Positions 12,800 to 24,524 of a stretch of 64,000 bases of DNA are shown piece after piece. Position 1 is the stretch's first letter. Each line of letters begins with the position of its first letter. This DNA comes from Camelus dromedarius (Eukaryota): assembly GCF_036321535.1 (NCBI RefSeq), contig NC_087436.1, positions 30,940,001 through 31,004,000 of the forward strand. The letters run 5' to 3'. The position numbers were made by a program, and so were the translations under genes. The notes under the pieces are model-generated. The model had not been told where the DNA came from, made no database searches, and saw only the letters and a list, made by a program, of their open reading frames with translations.

Positions 12800-13560
12800 T
12801 AATAACAACAAATATATATGGAGTACCAGTGTATGATCAGGGCCTTTGTATAACTCATCTTGTTCAAGAGTCAAACATCCTTATGAGGCTAGAATTACCT
12901 CATAGGATAATAATTAATAATCTTTACTAATAGAATAATTCCTTAGAATTAATAATATATATTATCTCAGAATTACAGAAGAGCAGACCTAGGTATATGT
13001 GGACATGGAAAAATTAAGATCTCTAAGAAAAAGTGTATTGCTCACCAGACAGTTCTATAAGGGTTAAGTCAGAACCCACTGCAGGTGCCCACGGACAGTG
13101 CAGTCTGAAAGGAATTCAGGGTGAAAAACAAGATGAAGTCACTCTGTGCTTTGGCCTTTAAATAGTTAGATGCATACCCTAGGAAGAATTTCAATGACCC
13201 CAAATTCTTGTATCTTCCCATATGTAGAAAAGTACTAAAATCATTAACCTGAGATATCTGTTCTTTGTGATTAGCAATAATCTTTTACCAAGAATGCATG
13301 CTTGACTGCATATATTTCCTAGCCAAAAATCATATATGAATTGGCTTCTCCTCTCTCTCTTCAGAGCTGTTTCCCCAGAGCTACTCAGCAGCTATCTCCT
13401 GGCTATAGCCTCACTAAGACCCTGAATAAAACTTAAACTTACAACTCATGTTGTGTGGTTTTCTTTAAGTTCATATACATAATGAAGTAATTTACTCATG
13501 GTCCCTAGTAAATGGAGGAGTCAAAACTCAAACTCATGCCTGTGTGACTGCAGAACCTAC
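12800..13560 (-). mobile_element. MIR SINE split by an LTR insertion
   Basis: Antisense MIR pieces on both sides of the 12998-13473 LTR ('aacatccttatgagg...attatctcagaattacagaagagcagac' and 'gaagtaatttactcatggtc...ggagtcaaaactcaaactcatgcctgtgtgactgcaga'). Confidence 0.55.
12998..13473 (+). mobile_element. ERV1-class solo LTR (476 bp)
   Basis: TG...CA termini, perfect 4-bp TSD 'tata' (12994-12997 / 13474-13477), AATAAA at 13425-13430. Confidence 0.85.
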
Positions 13561-14371
13561 ATTTTCTAGCACTAGTCTATAGTATATACTGCATGCCACC
13601 ACTTGAACTCAGCTGTTCTCTTTCTCAGCTAGGGTCTTGTATTTTTTGTTTGTTTGTTTCTGTGCATGCACATATACATATGTGTGTGTATGTATTCAAA
13701 TAGTTGCATTCATATTTCAATATTCAAAAATTGTATTCATAATGTACTTAATATTTCATGCTTTTTCTTCTAGCATTGTCTCGTAAGTTTTTCCCATATT
13801 CTCCTTCAATTGCCATATTTATATTTTATTTTATTCATGCATAACAGTCTATACAATAATGTTCTAAAACTGAAAAAGGCATTCTTCTATGATTTAACAT
13901 TTCATTTAGCTTGCATTTAATTTTTGCCTGACATAAACAACTCTAAAATAAATTTATACCTATATAACTTCTTTAGTTATAAAATTACTTTCCAAGCAAA
14001 ATTTTCAAAAGGTTCTTAAAGTATATGAACATTTGCATGACTTCTTATGTATCATACCAAAATGCTTTATTAAAATCATGTCACAACGTTCTCCAATACT
14101 AACTTCAAAGGAAAATATAAATAAAACAACTGTTAAGAGAGGTGCTTTTGTTTTTGTTCATGACTATACATATCCTGATGTTGCTATGATAGCTAGTAGA
14201 AAGCACATGGCTTGAGAATATGCATTCAGTCAGAGGAATGGGTATATAGAGCTGCCATGATCACGCTGTACCCTGAGCTCAAGTAGCATGTGTAAATATC
14301 TTGCCAAGCCTTTCTTATAATTAGAGGCCACTGAAGAGCACACCTAACAGACCCTGAAATCAACAGAGACC

Positions 14372-14420
14372 ACTCAACCTTGGTCTCATTAGCATCATGC
14401 CATAATCAATAGAGCTAATT
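14372..14420 (-). mobile_element. Ancient tRNA-Ile-derived SINE head (MamSINE1-like)
   Basis: Reverse complement 'ttagctctattgattatggcatgatgctaatgagaccaaggtt' aligns to the tRNA-Ile(AAT) 5' half TTAGCTCAGTTGGTTAGAGCGTGGTGCTAATAACGCCAAGGTC; degenerate, not a functional tRNA. Confidence 0.55.
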
Positions 14421-16394
14421 TTCCAACTAATGCATCACAGCAGGTACTTAATAAGTTCCTGTTTACCATCTAAGGTGTTTTGCTCAATCCCATATGCCAA
14501 CATTCTCCCTTGCTCCTCAGGGTCCCCAGTAACTTTAAACTACAAATCTTACAAATACATTTTCAGTTTTCCCTAAGAGCTTCACAAGACCTGACTCTTA
14601 AAGATCTTTTCATTTTGGAGAGGATATAAATCGATTTTATTTTACCAACACTCACTGAACCATTATTTCTATGGTTCTATGACCTTTTTCATATCATTCT
14701 ACCTAATTTCTCTCGAATTTCTGAATTTAGAACTGATCTTGAGTACTATAAACTTGAAAATCTTTTAAATTAGTGATCATATACAATAAAATGTAAGTAT
14801 TTCATATACTTTGACAAGTTAGCTTTGGTGTCAGTCTTAAAATAGTTATTTTCTTAGGTAGCAGTATTTAACTTATCCTTCACTCAGGCTTTGTAGCTTT
14901 GGGAGCACAAATAACTTGCTCTGGGCTAGACACTGACCTCCGGAGGGTGCTGATGGACAGTCTCGGAAGGCTACTGCCTTCAACCAGTTATTCAAAGAAC
15001 AACCCGTGAGGGCAGAGCTTGAGTAGGAGAACATGAAGAGACTGTACATGCCTTTGAGACAATGTGGAAAATCCCAGAAATAATTGAGGCATTTTTGCAG
15101 AATGCTGAGTTCCTACATTATATGGATGAATTCAGGAGATAGGTAAATTTTGCTGATCACTGCTAAAATGGCTATAGACTCATGATGCTACAGGAAATTC
15201 TAGTGAGATACAGACCTAGATATAAATGTGGATGCCAATATGTAGATATAGGTGTGAAATATGTCAATATTCAATGTAGATATAGATGTAAGTGTACACT
15301 TGGCAGTAAGTTGACATCTCATCTGTCCTAAATTTGTATGCACTTATTTATGAAATGGAAACTACAATTGCTTTTTCTCATTGGAAATCAAATATTTTTG
15401 TTGTTTTTGACACATATTAACTGAATATAAGCATTATTTATGATGAATTGATATTTTAAATACATACCTGACAAGATACCTATGATTTGAAATGATATTC
15501 TCAGACCAATCTGGTTTCGACTGGTTTATATTCTATTCCTACAAGAAAGAAAGCAAGGTAACAATTTCAATGAGGAAACTTCCACACTATTGTGATTCTA
15601 TAATGTCAACTCTCTGTTATTCACAGATTAGACGGGTCATAAATAAGTTATGACAATTTGGGGCTTAATCCTTTTATCACTGAGTTCTAGTCTTGTTTAG
15701 GTTTTCACTTCCAAGGGACATCTCATGAGACAATATTCTGTGAAATATCAAATCTTTAAACCTTATTAAAAGTCTATAGAATATTTTTCAAATCATATCT
15801 ATGTATAATATGTTTGGCTTATTTGCTGCTCTAATCTTATTAAATGTTGATACTGTCATGAATACATAACAGATTTTTACACAACTGGTCTAAGAATTCA
15901 CTTTGGTCCATATGAAATACCAATAATTCAGTTATTTTGTTTATTCATAAAAATGTAAAAAATAGAATGCATTTCATATGGGAATTTGTTTTATTTAGAG
16001 CTTTGTGTAATTCACTTAAGTTCATGTAAATGACTAACTTCAATTTATGATTTTTTTATATTGGTGAAATGACTACATTTTTAAAGGAGTGACTAATTTC
16101 AATTTATGAATTTTTAAATATTGGTGAAACAACTGCATTTTTAAAGGAAACTAAAAGTTGAAGTTTTATGTCTTTGATGTGATAGTGGCATTTTGAGTTG
16201 TTTTTATACACTAAGGTAAAATATATGCAATTATTTAAATGGATGGAAAAATACCCCAGAGTAAATGTTATTTGAACAGTCCATTTACAAATCCTTTTAG
16301 GTTCTACATATGACACAATTAATTACCAGGTAAAGTTCTCATGACACATTTATTCAAAAACACTCTGTTATCAAAGAGACTTTCTTTTTTTTCT

Positions 16395-16590
16395 CAGTTC
16401 TTTTTAACACTTATTAAGGAGCTATTGTGAGGCAGATATTTGCTGTAGGTGCTAATGAAACAAAGATAAAAAAGATATTGTCCCTTCCTTTAAGAGGTTT
16501 ATAACACAGTAAATAAAATGAAATATAAGCATATTATCATAGTTCAATGTGATAAGAGCTGAGACAGAGGTATGTATGGACAAAGATTTT
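16395..16590 (-). mobile_element. L2 3' fragment
   Basis: 'aacacttattaaggagctattgtgaggcag...taggtgct...acaaagataaaaaaga..tgtcccttcctttaagag' is the antisense L2 tail pattern. Confidence 0.6.
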
Positions 16591-17277
16591 ACAAGGGTTT
16601 CCATTATATACGTTTAATTACTTTTTATAGAACAAGCATTTCTTTCTGTTTTCTTCAGGACATGAAACAATACAGTCTCCTACTTTCTATTTTTTTACAA
16701 GTCCTTCTTCAACTTCAAGGTAAGCCGATGAGAGGGCCAGTGTTAAATTTTTCTTCCCTATAATGATGTTGAGGAGATAGCATTTATTAACTTGCTTTGA
16801 ATTACAGCAAAAATAAGAGTTTTTTAAAAGGCATTGCTTGTTTTGATCTAGGACCCTGCACTTTGATCTGTCCCTACTTTGAAGATGATTCTGAAAGGAA
16901 ATTTCTGATATACTCAGGTAACAATATTTGCATAGAAACCCAGAACTCTCAGCTGATAGGGGTATCATTCCAGGACACACAAAAAAACGTTTTAGCCTGA
17001 TTCATGTTTTCAGAGACAATAATGACAAACCAAGTTTTAGTCCTTTCTGAGTTGTACAGAAGTCCCTTCGTGATATGTAATTGACTGTTGCTTGGCAATT
17101 TATCAAGCATTCAAATAGCTTTTTAAAAATAAGTGAAGAGGCAATGCTTATATAGATTTGCACACTTGATGGTTTTTCATTTTTGATAAGTTAGTTTGGA
17201 TATTTCTATATACTAAAATATAGATTTCTGATTGTCAATTCAAATTCTTCCCTTTTTGGACACAAAATTAACTTGCT

Positions 17278-17698
17278 TGTGTCCAACAATAAGCAGTATC
17301 AAGGCTGCAAAGAGAAAAAAAGCTTTATTGGGGGGTCTTAGGAATTGCCAATTAGGGAAACACAGATTCTGGTAAAACAGAAAAAGTGTTCTGGGGAAGA
17401 GAAATATAAAGGAGTTAATAAAGGCAAAAGTCACAGGTTGTTAAAGTTATCTTGCAAGAATTATGATCAGCTCTAATGCAAAAAGGAAATATTTGTCATT
17501 AAGGGATAGGCTGTCATGAGTTATTTAGAGCAAAGGTCCTATAAATATCCCGAATTTCTGGAACACTGTACAAATATTCTGAATGTCAGTATTAAAACAA
17601 AAAGTGGTCAAAATTTCCAGTTCTATCTGCGCTGAGACTTGCGTAAGTCCCACTTCCTCAGTGGACTCCCGGCTCCATTTTAGAGAGCTCTCTTACCA
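17278..17698 (-). mobile_element. ERV1-like LTR (MER31/MER4-group-like)
   Basis: TG..CA bounded ~420 bp; minus-strand AATAAA at 17324-17329; terminal 'cttcctcagtggactcccggctccatttt' motif; no clear TSD. Confidence 0.6.
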
Positions 17699-18484
17699 GT
17701 GACTCTGCTAAATCATTTCCTAAAATGAAAGCCCTCATACAGAAAATAGATTCCTTATATTTCCATACTTTCCATATTTTGGTTGATAGCCCTGATCTTG
17801 AAGTGTGTAATCCGTTTTGGTTTACATGTCTGCTCATCTCACTAATCTGGGCCTCAGTACCTTGCATAATACTGTGGCTGGTCATATTAATCATATTAGT
17901 CAATAAATCACCAGATTTGATTAAAATAACAAATTTAAAGATAGAACATTTCTTCATGTTCTCTTCAATGCTTTTATGTAAAATGTAGTGATTAGAGTGA
18001 TAAAGTGAATTTTTAAAATTAACTAGAATAAAAGAGGCCATATTTTTAAAGAGGAGGAAGAAGGACTTTCATGCTTACTGTGATGTCATTAAATTAAAAA
18101 ATAAGCCAACAGGAATAAAGAAGCACAGAGGAAGTTTTAGTATTTGTCTCATTAGCTTTGAATGCTCATTAGTTTTTGAATTAGGACCTTCTTGTCTTTT
18201 TTTTTTTTTTTTAAACAGGTTTAGTTGTAGTTTATAGAAGTGAAGAGGAAGCAAGGTATAGTAGGAATTGGTGAGGGAGATTGCACTGCTAAGAACCTTG
18301 GTTTATGGCAGTGATAAACGTAAGTCAAAGTGTCCAACAATCTTGAAATTGATTTTTATGCAATGAACAGATGGTGAAACACATAAAAATACTTAAAAGT
18401 AAATACTGTAACATGGAGGAATACTTATGCCATTATGTTAATTGCAAAATCAGGATTACACTTTTATGATCATGACTGATATAT

Positions 18485-18720
18485 GGAACAAATATTTATT
18501 AACCCTACTATGTGCACAATACTTTACTACATTTTAGGAATACAGTGATACTTGAATCAGAGTCTTTGCTTTTTTAGAGTCTATAATCTCATCAGAGTGG
18601 GGGTGGAGGTGGAAGGCTGAACAAAGGCAGGCAATTTAACAAATATTTAAAGCAAAATGTTTTAGGTCCCTGAAGGGGGAATTACATGGTGCCTCAGTAA
18701 CCACTATATAGCAATGAATC
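18485..18720 (-). mobile_element. L2 3' fragment
   Basis: 'aacaaatatttattaaccctactatgtgc....aatacagtga...agtctttgct' antisense L2 terminus. Confidence 0.65.
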
Positions 18721-19482
18721 TAGATCAAAGACCCAAATAAGGGTCCTAGGAAGAAAACTCACAAATGCATTTCAATTAAATTTGTCAAGCAATCCAGTTG
18801 TGATTGTGTTGGAGAATAAAACTTTATAGAAAGGAGTTATCTTTCTATTTTTGCATATGTTTCAAACTATAAATATTTGGTGGACATAGCTTCTATAATG
18901 GGAAAAATAAATTGACTGAAATAACAAAATAACAATAAGGGAATATAGGTTCAAAGACAATACTTGAGGGTATCTATGGTAGAATAAAGGATAGAAATTT
19001 ACATGAAGAATTTCCAGGAGAGCTAAGTTAGGTACTGGGTAAAGTGTGTGTGCGTAACGTTGATTTTATGCAGTAGGACAGGATGCAACAAGAGATTTAG
19101 TCAGAATAAAAGATTAAAATAACTCCTAAATGCCAAAATCAAGAAGACTATTGCCCCACTACACAGCTGATCTCAATTTTTCTTTCTCATTTTTTTCTCC
19201 CTCAAGACATTTAGCATTTACTATTCAAATCACTCCTTTTCATTTTTCTCTGAAAAATGTTAATATGTGCCAGTTTTGTGTATTTATGTATGATGCAACT
19301 TATTTAATAATAGTTCTATTTATCACTATATTGGTGACATTTAGTATAGTAAATGTGCATGATTAACTTTTTAAAATATTAAAACTTTCCTCAAATGCTG
19401 GATGTATTTAAATATTTCAAAGATCAATTTCTAATTCAAATTGTAAAATATAAACAATAATTTTCCAAATGAGAATTATATA

Positions 19483-19706
19483 CCATCTACCCTTGAGCAA
19501 CAAGGGTTGGAACTGCAAGAGTCCACTTACACCTCTGTGGTATTTTTCAGTTAGTACTACAGTATTACACAATCTGTGGTTGGTTGAATCCACTGATGCA
19601 GAACCACAGATACCAGAGGGCTGACTATGGGACTTGAGCATCCAAAGATTTTAGTACCTGCAGTGGTTCCTGGAGCCAGTTTCCTGCAGATACTGAGGTA
19701 TGTCTG
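19483..19706. mobile_element. MER8/Tigger2-family MITE
   Basis: Left end 'cccttgagcaacaagggttggaactgc..gtccactta', right end 'ggagccagtttcctgcagatactgaggtatgtctg'; TA TSD at 19481-82 and 19707-08. Confidence 0.85.
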
Positions 19707-20275
19707 TAATTACAAGATATTCTAAATCCACAGTTTCCACTGCAATTTTTGCCTACTACATAGTACATATTGAGTAACTTAGTTTTAATGACTGATGGGA
19801 CAAATAAATAAAAAATGCTTACATATCAATTAATATTTCTTGCTAAATAAAAATTTAAGTTCATTCAACAAAATCAGTCATAGTAATGTGAGTACACTTA
19901 GGCTCACTGTGTATGATTATGTAACAGATACCTGGTCTAGTTATGAACGCTTTAGCATTACTTAAGCAGTGAAGGGTATTTGGGTGAAATTTTCACTATA
20001 ATACAATTTTATGTGCTTTAAAATCATGGGATCAAGCTGCAAAAAAACACATTATTTGATCTCTTCAGAATGTTGCTTTACCTGCATATAAAGTAGGGAA
20101 ATCTTCGCTGAGACTGGTAATTAAGTGAGCTCCTCCTTGTGGTACATAGAAATAACTTGAGCTGTGGTCCTCTCCTTTACATAATACGGAGATGTCATCT
20201 TTTGATTTGACCCTATACGGGCATCTGAAAGATGTTTTCTACATTACATCTTCCTTATTAAGAAAGAGTAGTGGG

Positions 20276-21166
20276 CAAATGTTCAATAGGCACATGAAAA
20301 ATGCTCAATATTGCCAATTATCAGAGAAATGCTAATCAAAACTACAATGAGTTATCACCTCACACCAGTCAGAATGGCAACAATAAAAGTCCACAAATAA
20401 TAATGCCGGAGAGTCTGTGGAGAAAAGAGAACCCTCCTACACTGTTAGTTGGAATGTAGTTTTGTGCAGGCATTATGGAAAACAGTATGGAGATTCCTTA
20501 AAAAACTAAAAATAGACTTACCATATGATCCAGCAATCCCACTCCTGGGCATATATCTAGAGGGAACTCTAATTTGAGAAGATACATGCACCCCAGTGTT
20601 CATAGCAGCACTATTTACAATAGCCAAGACATGGAAACAACCTAAATGTCCATCAGTAGATGACTGTTGTGATATTTATATATATATTATGGAATACTGC
20701 TCAGCCATAAAAAATAATAAAATAATGCCATTTGCAGCAACATGGATGGACCTGGAGAATATCATACTAAGTGAAGTAAGCCAGAAAGAGAAAGAAAAAT
20801 ACCACATATCACTTACATGTGGAATCTAAAAAATTTACACAAATGGACTTATTTACAAACAGAAACAGACTCACAGACAGAAAACAAACTTATGGTTACA
20901 GGGGAGGTGGGGGTAGGGGTGTGTGGAGGGAAAAATTGGGAGTTTGGGATTTGCAGATACTAAGTACTACATATAAAATAGATAAACAATAAGGTCCTAC
21001 TGTATAGCACAGGGAACTATATTCAATACCTTGTAATAGCCTATAAGAAAAAGAAAATGAAAAGAAATATATATATATATATATATATATATAACTCAAT
21101 CACTATGCTGTATACCAGGAATTAACACAACATTATAAGCTGACTATACTTCAATTAAATAAAAAA
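20276..21166 (+). mobile_element. 5'-truncated lineage-specific L1 (ORF2 C-terminus + 3'UTR + A tail)
   Basis: ORF 20596-20829 ([20 protein letters not shown]...MPFAATWMDLENIILSEVSQ) matches the L1 ORF2 C-terminal/3' region; artiodactyl-type 3'UTR; 16-bp TSD aagaaagagtagtggg (20260-75) / aagaaacagtagtggg (21167-82) at a TT/AAGA endonuclease-like site. Confidence 0.95.
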
Positions 21167-21449
21167 AAGAAACAGTAGTGGGAAATGAATGGCAAAGTGA
21201 ATCCTGAAGTTAGGACAATATCTGAAAACTAAAATTAGGAAGAAAATACTCCAAAAACAAGTGATGGAAGAACCAAGAAAAGAGAACCACAGTTACTCTA
21301 CACTCTTTACTGGATTTTTACCTGATCATCATAGAGAAATCAAACAAACCTCATTAAAATAAGAGCAGTCATCAATGAGCTGGATATATAAATTACCAAT
21401 GACTATTAACAAGATAAATATCTATATTTTACTAATTTCAGATGTTATA

Positions 21450-21926
21450 TCTAATTCTATTTATTTTTTAAAGTTGTGATTATGAATTAAACTGCTGTAG
21501 AAATTCATTTGCATCTTTTTGAGTGGGTATAAGTTTTCAAACTCATTGGGTAAATACTTAGGAATAAAATTGCTCTATTGAATGGTAAGACTGTCTATAT
21601 CTTTGTAAGAAATTACCATATTGTCTTCCAAAATGACTGTATGATGAATGAGAGTCCTTTTGCTCCACATTCTCACTAGCATTTGATGTTGTCAATTTTT
21701 AAAATTTTTGTCATTCTAATAGATGTGTAGTGGTATGTCATTATTGTTTTAATCTGCTATTCTTTGATGACAAATGATATTGAGCATCACTTTATACACT
21801 TATTTGCCATTAGCATATCTTCTTTGGTGAGGTGTCTATTCAGACCTATTGTCCATTTTTTACAGATTGCTTTCTTGTTGTTGACTTTTAGGGGTTCTTC
21901 ATATATTTTAGATACAAGTCCTTTGC
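21450..21926 (-). mobile_element. Old L1 (L1M) ORF2 3' region
   Basis: 'tgggtaaatacttaggaat...ttgtaagaaatt.cca.attgtcttccaaa...gctccacattctcactagcatttg...gtagtggtatgtcatt...ttcttcatatattttagatacaagtcctttg' is antisense L1 ORF2 end. Confidence 0.85.
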
Positions 21927-22145
21927 CTGTTCCATCAGTTCCCAGATACAGAATAATTTGTCTCAACTTTTTCCTATTGGTTTTGATGTGGGATTTTCTC
22001 AGTCACCTGGTGTTTAGGAGTGTCTTGACTAGTTTCTGGATTTCTCTTGAAGTCAATGGATCGGTGTGTAGCTGTTTTGTCAGTTCATCTGTGGGAGGAG
22101 GGAAAACCAAGATCCAGCTAGTCCATCATCTTGCTGATGTCCTGT
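21927..22145 (-). mobile_element. L1 5'UTR terminal fragment
   Basis: Reverse complement begins 'gacatcagcaagatgatggactag...cctcccacag...gagaaatccagaaactag', resembling an L1M 5' end with a decayed YY1 'caagatggc' motif. Confidence 0.6.
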
Positions 22146-22429
22146 AACTTTCTTCAATTATATTATCTTACGGTGTCAGGGCTCCAAAGTCCCACTAATC
22201 ATATTTTCAATCAAAAAATATCATAGACAGTCTCTCCCAAAATTTTTCAGGTGGGGAACTCTTTGTCTAAATTTCAGGCTAGTGCCCATTACCAACATTT
22301 TCTCTATTATTGAACAAAATTATTATTTTATTCTTGGTTAATATATTTGCTACTTTCTTTGTTTATTTCACATTGCATATTTCCAGAACTTACTTTCTTA
22401 TACCACAATCCTGTGAACAAAACTTCTTT

Positions 22430-23200
22430 TCTAATGCTTGAATCTGTGCATTCATGTGTTTTATCAGTTCTGAAAATTCCTAGTCTTTATTCTTAAAAGT
22501 ATTGCCCCTCTTCTACTTTTTCTATTCTTTCTTTAGGAAACTCTGATTAGATCTTCTCATTGTAGTATTTTTTAAAATTTCTCTATTATTATCCATAAGC
22601 TATTCTATCGGGGCTGAATTCTGAATAATTCCTTAGGATATATAGTTTCCCAAATGTTCTCTATTCAGTTATGTAGGATCACTGTAAATCTGTGCACTGA
22701 GTTTAAAAAAAAAAATTTGTGGGTAGGTAATTAGGTGTATGTATGTATGTATTTAATGGAGGTACTGGGGATTGAAACCAGGACCTTGTGCATGCTAAGC
22801 ATGCTCTCTACATTAAGCTATAGCCTCCCCATATTTTTTAGCAATTATATTTTTATTTCTCGTAGATTTGTTTCTTCTTAAAATATGCCTAGTCATCCTT
22901 AATACTCTCTAGGCATTTATTCATATATTTTATTTTACCCTTTTAAAAACTTTATTTGTAACTATTCTACAGTCTATCTCAGAGAATTCCAATATCTGCA
23001 GTCTGGAATGCAGGTGTTGAGGGGGATGTCTAACCATGTCAATTGTTTCTACTGACAGGCATACTTGTGGTGACTTCCCTTCTTATTTGCTTGGTCATAT
23101 TGTTAATAAGCATCTTTATTGTCCTTAATGTTTAAGATTTTAGGAACATAATTGGCAACACTTTATTCTAGACAAGATTTACACCTTCTAGAAGCCATAA
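22430..23200 (-). mobile_element. Highly decayed L1/HAL1-like sequence, interrupted by a SINE
   Basis: T-rich text with 'gaatctgtgcattcatgtgttttatcagttctgaaaattcctag' and 'aattccaatatctgcagtc' typical of old antisense L1 5'/ORF1 regions. Confidence 0.5.
22716..22830 (-). mobile_element. Camelid tRNA-Ala-derived SINE (vic-1-like)
   Basis: Reverse complement 'ggggaggctatagcttaatgtagagagcatgcttagcatgcacaaggtcctggtttcaatccccagtacctcca' (tRNA-Ala-like A/B boxes) followed by an A-rich linker and 'cctaattacc'. Confidence 0.85.
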
Positions 23201-24364
23201 GTTGCCTCTGTTCTGGAATTCTTCAATCCCATTTAAGGGCCTAGATCAATATAAATGCTCCAAACTCAGCTCAAAAAGCTTGTCTGAGGACCAGTGCTCC
23301 AATACAGAACTGGTTTTGGCGTCTGTTCCCAAGAAAGCCCATTTCTTCCCACACCTTACTACTCGCTGTTTCAACTCAAGCTCACAGACACAAGCTCACA
23401 GATGATGATGATAAGGAGGAGGGGAAGAAGGAAGAAGAATTTGAATTTGCAGGGTCCACGGAGACCTCCCTGACACTTGCACATCAATCCCATTGAATCA
23501 AACAACTGTGCTATTTTGGACCCAGTTTTCTGATATAGGAAGTTCTATTGGAATACCTGGTCTACCAAAAGCAAGTCTTCTCAATATTTTTTGGATGCCA
23601 TATTGCATTATCTCATAATAGACCAATTAGCCAATTAAGTACTCCCATTAGTTTAACAAATGGTACCTTTAATTCTTGCATATTCCATTGATTGACAATT
23701 GAAATGTTGATTGTAAACATAATACCTTACATTTTAATTTACATTGAATTTTTACTGTTTTAATACAGGCAATAAGTTTTTTGAATATTAAGTCTTTCAC
23801 TGAATGAACTGGTGATACCTTTAAGCATTTGGTCACCTGCAAGTTTGATAAGTTAATGGAAAGGGAAAAATTAGCCTAGGCTTCTGATACTCTCCAATAT
23901 TAGAAATAATGTAGAATTAGGGAAAAAGGCTCTGAAAAACTATAGTAAAGGCTATGAAAAATCTTTAGGGAAGTGTTGTAAACAGTGTCCTGGGGCAGAG
24001 GAGGGCTGATTACCATGAGAGAGTGAAATGGAGGATTTGATTTGTGTTTTTCTGTTTTTGCCACATAGTCTTTTGTGGGTGATTTTCTAGATTTATAGTA
24101 CTGGTTATACCAAAAAAAAAATTCTAAAAAAATGTATTTCTTAAGGTACTAAAAACGATGCAATATGATTAAGTTTAGTGTTTTCCAGGAAAGTGATAAA
24201 GTTTCAACATCTCCAGTATACTTCAGTATTCTAGGCACTTTGGTTAGAACAGTAAATAAACAGAATCTTGCCCTCATGGAGTTTACATTTTTATAAACAA
24301 ACTAATAATGACAGTGACATATAAATGGGCTTATAATGAATCAGACATGCTTTTGAATTCTTTT

Positions 24365-24524
24365 ATATACTTTTGCTCATATAATTTTCACAGCACCAAT
24401 ATGAATTAGGTGCTAGTGTTGTTTCTCCTTCATCAGTGAAGATCTGAAGGACAGAGAGATTAAAACTTGTCTGAGGCTCCACTGTTTGTGGGTAGAAGGG
24501 TACCGATTCCAACTGTGCAATCTC
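24365..24524 (-). mobile_element. MIR SINE (interrupted by LTR at 24525)
   Basis: 'ctcatataattttcacagcaccaatatgaattaggtgct...cagtgaagatctgaaggacagagagattaa.acttgtctgagg' is antisense MIR core. Confidence 0.65.

Noticed and set aside
20445..20829. ORFs with familiar-looking peptides
   Set aside because: Sense and antisense translations of an L1 remnant, not host genes.
21764..22147. 127-aa hydrophobic ORF
   Set aside because: Antisense reading of L1 sequence.
22752..22830. tRNA-Ala gene
   Set aside because: Degenerate stems and a SINE tail show it is a SINE head.
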